From Thermoplasmatota archaeon (lineage in GTDB: Archaea; Thermoplasmatota; Penumbrarchaeia; Penumbrarchaeales; Penumbrarchaeaceae), in NCBI GenBank assembly GCA_965234725.1, contig CBDDUX010000068.1:1-15182 (forward strand): a stretch of DNA of 15,182 bases, read 5' to 3'. Every line of letters begins with the position of its first letter. The stretch's first letter is position 1. The notes under the pieces were generated by a model. It had not been told where the DNA came from, ran no database searches, and saw nothing but the letters and a program-made list of their open reading frames with translations. Both the position numbers and the translations under genes were made by a program. This document shows positions 10,701 to 15,182 of the stretch, piece after piece.

Positions 10701-10974
10701 GTTCGATACCTCTTTAACACCTGAACCGTATCTGATAAAAACAGGGAGTATCGGAGAACCCCCTCAGTCCTATGAAGGGGAGATTCCGGTTGAAGTAGAC
10801 CACGTTGAACTAGAAGTCTTGATTTCCCAAACTCTGGGCCCTGATCATCTTCCCGGAACCTTAGATACTTCCGATATATTGGTAAGATTGAAAAACAAGC
10901 AAAAGGATGGAGATTTGACGAAGGAAGAGTACCGGATTATAAGAAAACAGATCGAGAGAATTATCGAGGAGTAG
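7708..10974 (+). CDS. NosD/right-handed parallel beta-helix surface protein with two cadherin/He_PIG-like domains, a PKD-like Ig domain, TM helix and a cytoplasmic tail ending in a SHOCT-like motif
   Basis: GGAGG RBS at 7695-7699; signal peptide; 'GSGSFSDPYIIEN' cap; many 'GI.L..S.NN.I.NN' PbH1 turns; 'NWDDG..GNYWSDY' terminus; 'TNASWL...IKGTP...DIG.YWV' and 'FLSLN..TGVLSGSP..NDVGSFFVNISVKDG' cadherin/He_PIG-like units; TM then RRRR; tail 'DGDLTKEEYRIIRKQI'. Confidence 0.88.
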   Translation: MKTILTVLIASIMMISAVSIFVGDYEAESILTDGSILSERSAIDINGNSDFNSQNGVASGSGSFSDPYIIENFRFNTSGDNGIDIRNTDSHFIIRNCWISAGNDKRSEFTGLSLINVKNGSITNCKLDHNHNGIYGNDAYNIHIHNNTITENLNGVFLSLNCRNLTITDNECNLNAVGMVLEQDISDCYIANNTCFKNLLSGIALWDQCSGNIIENNTCSEAYLGYNPKKDMGGSGIYLTRSDNNTIKFNTCDKNTGYGISLYDSKSNKVNNNYLSNNRAHGEGFNRYGLNIQNSWGNVFKDNILTRCGINLYYDNPGSSFNFIDGSNKVNGKGIIYVKSDKTSKTYSGDIGPIILHNCGNKTIKGMEVVNIPSSIIVINSDNITVEKSSFSSFSSGIKIQYSKDVTISNNSIEHGYFWGISMEHTERSLIKNNRFDNIEGKGIESFYGSDGSPIIMDNNSFMDCGTGIGLVDSNYRISNNLFYSCRYAGISLQKSRGEIIGNKIVSNDVGISGGSCYDSVIEGNVIMGNDFGIDVSAQGKVLIRKNNITENERYGISVREYSSNGISIHHNSFYENNNGYVQGSDGSQLANWDDGISQGNYWSDYDDKYVPSASNDYVTWNMTYVVDDGSVPSSLNNITRKTRSGGVTNFGDDYPLVYPPVNISYTLALTTIQNKTAYVDHEYNVSARIIYSEEYSRLDRSADTNASWLRIIEFSDHHLIKGTPKAWDIGEYWVHLSATDGILEYHLNFTVTVGVRPLLITTSNVVTVDQGCQYCVDYDVGGDQEGLSWQLETYAGFLSLNNETGVLSGSPGWNDVGSFFVNISVKDGVHTVHTSFRLTVNDVNDPPQDLEILIVSTDLMEGGNQIVSASFFDPDIGDNASVSWYVDGELVCNEITFNLSLPDGNYTLTLRITDSKGIYSETSISIRVRENRSLGSDLDPKGINRAMIILLATLIIIIVIIPLLVVLRRRRPNEKGERVSEVQISPNSGRAVPFGRSFDTSLTPEPYLIKTGSIGEPPQSYEGEIPVEVDHVELEVLISQTLGPDHLPGTLDTSDILVRLKNKQKDGDLTKEEYRIIRKQIERIIEE

Positions 10975-10986
10975 AGTGAAAGGGGC

Positions 10987-11538
10987 ATGGAGATGAATGA
11001 TTACAAGGACCATGGAACCAGGTCACTGTTGTATGATTACATCAGAAAAAATCCCGGTTCCACTTTCATCATGTTGAAATCGGTCTTAAAAATCCCGGAC
11101 GGGACACTCCGATATCACCTGGGATATCTACTGAAGAGAAACAAAATCGTACAGGAGAAAAACGGAAGGGAAAAATGTTATTATTCATATCACAAGGAAC
11201 GCTTCCCCTTCTCCGATCCGAATCTGAAACTCAACAAGGAACAGAAGAGGATCCTTCAGATCGTCTCAATGGAACCGATGATCCCTTACAAAGAACTTAA
11301 AAGAAGATCGGGTCTTGAACCTTCATCCTTCAAATACAATTTGAAACAGTTAAAAAAGAAGAAACTTATCTGGAGGATTAAGAAAGGGGACCGGATAGGA
11401 TATGATATTATTACCAAAGAGCGATTGGCCGATGAGATGTTCTTGATAATGACGAACAAGTATCTGGATGGGGAGGTTGAAAAGGAGACAATGATGTCTA
11501 TCGTTGAGAAGCTCAAGGATTATATAGATGAGGATTAA
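10987..11538 (+). CDS. Double winged helix-turn-helix transcriptional regulator (ArsR/COG3398-like archaeal type)
   Basis: 'TRSLLYDYIRKNPG..F..LK..L.IPDGTLRYHLGYL...I....GR.K.YY' and a second 'EQKRILQIV..EP.I...ELKRRSGL....FKYNLKQL....LI' wHTH; starts 12 bp after the upstream stop, so likely co-transcribed. Confidence 0.88.
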   Translation: MEMNDYKDHGTRSLLYDYIRKNPGSTFIMLKSVLKIPDGTLRYHLGYLLKRNKIVQEKNGREKCYYSYHKERFPFSDPNLKLNKEQKRILQIVSMEPMIPYKELKRRSGLEPSSFKYNLKQLKKKKLIWRIKKGDRIGYDIITKERLADEMFLIMTNKYLDGEVEKETMMSIVEKLKDYIDED

Positions 11539-11585
11539 TGATATAGATTAGAGCGAAAAAAATTTTTCTCTCTTGGTGGGAAAAG

Positions 11586-11698
11586 TCATAACAGACGCGG
11601 TATGCGAAATGAAAACGTTCCTTTGTGGTTCCTCATCAGAATGTTTATTTGGGTTGGAGCGAGTGCAACGAGCGGAACCGTATATGCGCGTGTTATCG
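11586..11698 (-). mobile_element. Integron attC-like recombination site (113 bp) downstream of the SRPBCC gene
   Basis: Minus strand reads CGATAAC ACGCG CATATACG ...central region... CGCATAC CGCGTCT GTTATGA: AAC/GTT core triplets, complementary inner arms and a possible extrahelical G on the opposite strand. It contains a GAGCGAGTGCAACGAGCG segment of the kind seen in attC variable regions and lies 56 bp past the SRPBCC stop. The R boxes deviate from the strict RYYYAAC/GTTRRRY consensus. Confidence 0.6.
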
Positions 11699-11754
11699 GA
11701 AGTAGTTGAGCATTATTATATTTTATTTGAATTGGAGACTTGACTTGATATTTA

Positions 11755-12195
11755 TTAACCTGTGCATAAGTTTTTTAATTCTTTTACTTCTAAATCCAAT
11801 TGGTTCATCATTTTTTCTACTATCTTTTTCTTAAAAAATATACTGAAGATATTCATCGGAAATTTCCAATGGATTGTTGCTTCAATGGTGATTATTGTTG
11901 TATCTTCTTTTCTTTCTAATACATAACTGACATCGAATTCATGTATTTTACTTACTATATGAAATCCAATAATTCTATTTTTTCTGTATTTAGTAATTGT
12001 ACCGTACATTTCGAGGGTTTTTCCATTTTCTTCAATAATTTCTTTAAAGGTCGTTCCTATTATTTTTGGATTGTTTTTAATAATTACACCATCTTTCACA
12101 TTTTTTTGCCACTTCATTGCTTTTTCAGGATCTGCTATCCATGGAAATACCTTTTCTGGTGGTTGTAATATCTCATCTTCATATACGATTCTCAT
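11755..12195 (-). CDS. SRPBCC (polyketide cyclase/START-like) family protein
   Basis: 'I.QPPEKVFPWIADPE.AMKW' N-terminal motif, 'IGTTF', and C-terminal helix 'MMNQLDLEVKELKNLC'; GGAG RBS upstream; visibly more AT-rich than the genes to its left. Confidence 0.85.
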   Translation of the reverse strand: MRIVYEDEILQPPEKVFPWIADPEKAMKWQKNVKDGVIIKNNPKIIGTTFKEIIEENGKTLEMYGTITKYRKNRIIGFHIVSKIHEFDVSYVLERKEDTTIITIEATIHWKFPMNIFSIFFKKKIVEKMMNQLDLEVKELKNLCTG

Positions 12196-12284
12196 TTGTT
12201 ATCTCCACTATCCAACTTAAGATAATACAGGCACATTATTGCTTTTACCAACTCCTCTCCCGTTCCATTTACGTCCAAACCAGG

Positions 12285-13038
12285 GTGCGCCGGGCTAACT
12301 TGGCGAGATTCTGCGGAGATGACGAAAGTCGGCTCCGCCCCGCCTGTGTGCAGACAGGCAGAGAAGAAGGAGGGCAGTGCTTGAAGATGTGGCAAATACA
12401 CGCAAGGGCTGAAGCCCCTCGACAAGGTCGGAAGGAGAGGGAACCAGAACCCGCTCCTGTCCGGTTATCGAACTGGATATGGCTACGAACAGAAAGTATT
12501 GATGGAATCCCCGTAACGCCGAATCACACACACGTCTGGTTTATGTGTGGGACCGATGGAGCGAAAGGCTTTCCTGATGGTCAAAAAGTGTCGGTCTTTG
12601 ACCGACGTCCAGAGCCTACTGCGAATTGTTCTGGACTCCATCCGGGGAATAGATACAGCCTAAGTCCAGATAAGGAATCGCCAGGGACCCGGGAGAGCTG
12701 TCTCATCCAAACAACAATTTGCCTGGGATGGGATAGAAGTCAGAGGCGTCATAGTAGTCCGAGAGCGGGAAAGCCGTTCACATGGCGAAGGACGCCAGCC
12801 GGTTCCGAAAGGAGGCATTGTGAAGGAGGAATCCGTTGGAAATCATCGGGCTCTGCTAATTTGGCAGGATACTCGAATAACAAACAGCATTCCTCTGTTG
12901 GAAGGGAGTATTATTCCCCTTTCCAATGGCAAAGGAACCGGGGGAGAGCTGGATGACGGGAAACTGTCACGTCCGGTTCGGAGAGCAGCAGGGGGGAAAG
13001 ATTCATTCATTTGGGTCAGCACCTCCTGCTGACTCTAT
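12285..13038 (+). mobile_element. ORF-less group II intron, subgroup IIB (CL-like), 754 nt
   Basis: 5' GTGCG at 12285; 34-nt domain V GAGCTGGAT-GACGG-GAAA-CTGTC-AC-GTCCGGTTC (12946-12979) with AGC triad and AC bulge; domain VI AGAG-CAGCAGGGG/CTCCTGCTG-A-CTCT with bulged A at 13032, ending AT at 13038. DIII-like 'agtcagaggcgtcatagtagtc...gggaaagccg..cacatggcgaagg'. DIV is closed by CCGGTTCC (12799-12806)/GGAACCGG (12934-12941) and is only ~140 nt. EBS1 TCTGGTTT (12535-12542) pairs with exon AAACCAGG (12277-12284). Confidence 0.93.
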
Positions 13039-13167
13039 AAACGTTCTCATCACAGATCTCCCTTTCCGTATTCGTCCAGTCTGGGAATCTCTTCCTGAGA
13101 CCTCCTACTGACAATATAGTGCGATATTGGTTAATGAAATTTTCCTTCTTCAGTGAGGATTGGGTCT

Positions 13168-13623
13168 TTAAGTTAAGTAAAGAATCGTTAAGAACAAATC
13201 AAAATACAAGTAGGCCTCAACATCATCACATGGATCGAAATCTAATAATCTTATCTTAATCTCAATGATGTTTGAACCATTTTCTAAATTATTCTTCAGA
13301 ATGCTTCTATTTAGGAATAATGATTGAGATATGGATCCTTTTGAAAGGTTCCATTCAAAATAATAATATTCATTTTTGGGGATCAAATCCCACGAACAGA
13401 ATTTTACTGAAAGGTTTACAATTCCGTAACCACCATTAAACGTAACATTTATCCATCCTTCTGGATCTGTAATCCCCGAATGGAAATCCAAATAAGAGTT
13501 TAAATATTCAGAAACTTCAGGGGAAATTGATTCATTTTCTGATAAAGAGAATTCACCAATCACATTCTCGTTATATACACTTAGATTTTCATAAGCGATT
13601 ACTGTATAATCCGACCATTTCAC
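13168..13623 (-). CDS. Hypothetical protein, probably a 5'-truncated or frameshifted extracellular glycoprotein
   Basis: 151-aa AT-rich ORF with a GTG start and no clear RBS; 7 N-X-S/T sequons but no signal peptide; the frame stays open for 20 codons upstream of the GTG. Confidence 0.5.
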   Translation of the reverse strand: MKWSDYTVIAYENLSVYNENVIGEFSLSENESISPEVSEYLNSYLDFHSGITDPEGWINVTFNGGYGIVNLSVKFCSWDLIPKNEYYYFEWNLSKGSISQSLFLNRSILKNNLENGSNIIEIKIRLLDFDPCDDVEAYLYFDLFLTILYLT

Positions 13624-13786
13624 AAATGATGTTAGATTATAATAATCTGAGAATTGAAAATAATAACTAATTGAGGCTGACTTTTAATTCCATATTTACT
13701 CTAAAAGGTGGATTTGAGATCGATAAAATTTATGCAAAATTAGAAATGGGATTTGGAAAATTGAGGGTCCGGATCAAGCCTGGATA

Positions 13787-15007
13787 TTAATCTGATTTTC
13801 TGATAATGGTTGTTTCGTTATTCTCCACATATTCATATTTCTTAGGGTCACTATCATCAATCTGGGTAGGATCAATTGACAAGCCCACATTGCCCAATAA
13901 TTGGAGTAGACTGTTCATGCTTTTCTTAAGATCCTTGTTTTCTTTCTCCATTTCTGAGAATCTGGCCAGTAATGAATCTCTAACAGTATCCCCATTCTGA
14001 GAAACCTCTTCAATTCGATTTTTTGCCTCTTCCAATTCTATTTTTGATATGTTTGTGGTTAGATATTTTGAAGATCTCTTGTAGGCCTCTCTCATCTGTT
14101 CGATCTGTGAATCAGCCAGACCCTTGTTTGTTGTATATCTCTGCAACATGTCCCCACTATGACCAGCAAGGAATTGGGAAAACTGATAAGGCATCAAGTT
14201 CTGGAATTCTGCCTCCATCATACGGGCAGTGAAATATCTCCTGAGAATGTAGGGTCTCCATTGATATCCTGCTTTTCTAATTGCCTTTCTTATTCCCTGT
14301 CTTATTGATTTTGTGACAAGAAATTCCTCTAAATGGTGTTTTTTCTGGGTGATTATGGGAGATTTCTTTGTTATTCCATTTCTGTCTTTTAGATAATTGA
14401 GAAGTTGTTCTGCTGGTTCATCTGCCAGGAATACAAAATAAGATCTTCCATTTTTGCTTAAAGATTGTCTAATTCTAATCTTCACTGGTGTTTTTTTCCA
14501 TTCCATGTTCTTGAAATCAAGATCCTCAAGGTCCTCTACCCTTAAACCATCATCTCCTTTACTATTTCCCATAGTCTGAGGTCGTATCCCTGTGAATGCC
14601 ATAAGATATGTGGCAACCCTATCTCTATCATTAGGGGCACTCATAATGATCTTTTTGAGTTGTTCCGATGTTGGTATTGTCTCATTTTCTAGGGTTGGGG
14701 TCGAAGATGCACCTTTTGGGGTTTCAATTGGTTTAAATGATACATCTTTCCATTTTAGATAGGTATAGACAGACTTCAACACCGAATGGATATAAGATGG
14801 TGTGTTTTCATCTTCTGTCATCTTACCCACAAGATCCTCTAATAGATGAGTGATCTTCTTAGGATCCATATCACATAGATCCTCTCTTGATATCCCTGTG
14901 ACATTCTCAAATTTTCTGATTCTCCTGATATTGACCCTTGTAGTGGTTTCGGATCTTCTTTTCTTTGTGACCATATAATCAAAATATTCTTGATCATTTT
15001 CTTCCAT
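13787..15007 (-). CDS. Tyrosine recombinase / site-specific integrase (archaeal type) with C-terminal coiled coil
   Basis: N-terminal SAM-like region 'RSETTTRVNIRRIRKF'; catalytic R in 'AFTGIRP', K in 'LSKNG', 'PYILRRYF' (YxxR in place of HxxR), 'LAGH' and 'QRYT' (Tyr nucleophile). ATG at 15007 follows a GGTGA RBS and is preferred to the TTG at 15022. Confidence 0.92.
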   Translation of the reverse strand: MEENDQEYFDYMVTKKRRSETTTRVNIRRIRKFENVTGISREDLCDMDPKKITHLLEDLVGKMTEDENTPSYIHSVLKSVYTYLKWKDVSFKPIETPKGASSTPTLENETIPTSEQLKKIIMSAPNDRDRVATYLMAFTGIRPQTMGNSKGDDGLRVEDLEDLDFKNMEWKKTPVKIRIRQSLSKNGRSYFVFLADEPAEQLLNYLKDRNGITKKSPIITQKKHHLEEFLVTKSIRQGIRKAIRKAGYQWRPYILRRYFTARMMEAEFQNLMPYQFSQFLAGHSGDMLQRYTTNKGLADSQIEQMREAYKRSSKYLTTNISKIELEEAKNRIEEVSQNGDTVRDSLLARFSEMEKENKDLKKSMNSLLQLLGNVGLSIDPTQIDDSDPKKYEYVENNETTIIRKSD

Positions 15008-15043
15008 TTTAATTATCACCAAAATAGTATGTCATTACTGGCA

Positions 15044-15075
15044 TATTAAGGTGAGCCTTGTTATTAACCTTAATA
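15044..15075. promoter_or_regulatory. Perfect 9-bp inverted repeat upstream of the integrase (operator or recombinase-binding site candidate)
   Basis: TATTAAGGT (15044-15052) and ACCTTAATA (15067-15075) with a 14-bp spacer, between the integrase start and the putative att site. Confidence 0.45.
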
Positions 15076-15087
15076 ATATAACGAACA

Positions 15088-15102
15088 CCTTCAGGCCCGC
15101 CA
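15088..15102 (+). mobile_element. Putative attR: tRNA 3'-end fragment (tRNA-Lys/Arg-like)
   Basis: CCTT-CAGGCCC-G-CCA reads as T-stem remnant, 7-nt acceptor strand, discriminator G and CCA. It is a GC-rich patch in AT-rich sequence about 80 bp from the integrase start, followed by a T-rich tract. No complete tRNA precedes it. Confidence 0.5.
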
Positions 15103-15182
15103 TGTTCTTTTCCACACTTATCTTTCTTAATTTTCAGTACTTCACTAAGTTCCTCCCAGATATGATGGATTTTCGTATACAA

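Noticed and set aside
12117..12956. 279-aa plus-strand ORF running through the intron, as a possible intron-encoded protein
   Set aside because: No RT (YADD), maturase or endonuclease motifs. It begins antisense within the SRPBCC gene and runs over structured RNA domains, so it is treated as incidental even though it is long.
12210..13179. A long attC (ACTTAAC...GTTGGAT on the minus strand) interrupted by the intron, as for IIC-attC introns
   Set aside because: The reconstructed site would exceed 200 bp with poor L-box pairing, and the intron has a 34-nt AGC domain V and IIB features rather than IIC.
962..14232. Many short alternative-frame or antisense ORFs overlapping the long genes
   Set aside because: They are shadows of the real CDSs, and their repeats merely mirror the coding repeats.
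13787..15007. Integron integrase IntI or XerA
   Set aside because: It has YILR rather than H-x-(L/F)-R-H-S-F-A-T-H, no recognisable IntI insertion, and an extra coiled-coil tail. It looks like a mobile-element integrase.
15020..15102. Complete tRNA gene
   Set aside because: Only the last ~15 nt are tRNA-like. There is no GGGCCTG 5' strand, D arm or intact TTCGA loop upstream.

Overview
Probably archaeal DNA (Thermoplasmatota-like, inferred from GGTGA/GGAGG ribosome-binding sites, a double winged-helix regulator and NosD/SBBP/PKD surface proteins). The left ~11 kb holds four secreted, C-terminally membrane-anchored surface proteins: a CARDB protein, an SBBP-propeller/PKD protein, a 52-aa-repeat propeller with a coiled-coil stalk, and a NosD-type beta-helix/cadherin-like protein. 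A double wHTH regulator follows, and its C-terminal SHOCT-like tail resembles the cytoplasmic tail of the beta-helix protein, suggesting a membrane sensor/tethered-regulator pair. The right ~3.6 kb looks mobile: an integron attC-like site downstream of an SRPBCC gene, an apparently intact 754-nt ORF-less group IIB intron with matching EBS1/IBS1, a probably truncated glycoprotein gene, and a tyrosine integrase next to a tRNA-3'-end-like att sequence. The window may therefore be the right end of a tRNA-integrated island. All assignments were made by eye; no searches or folding programs were run.
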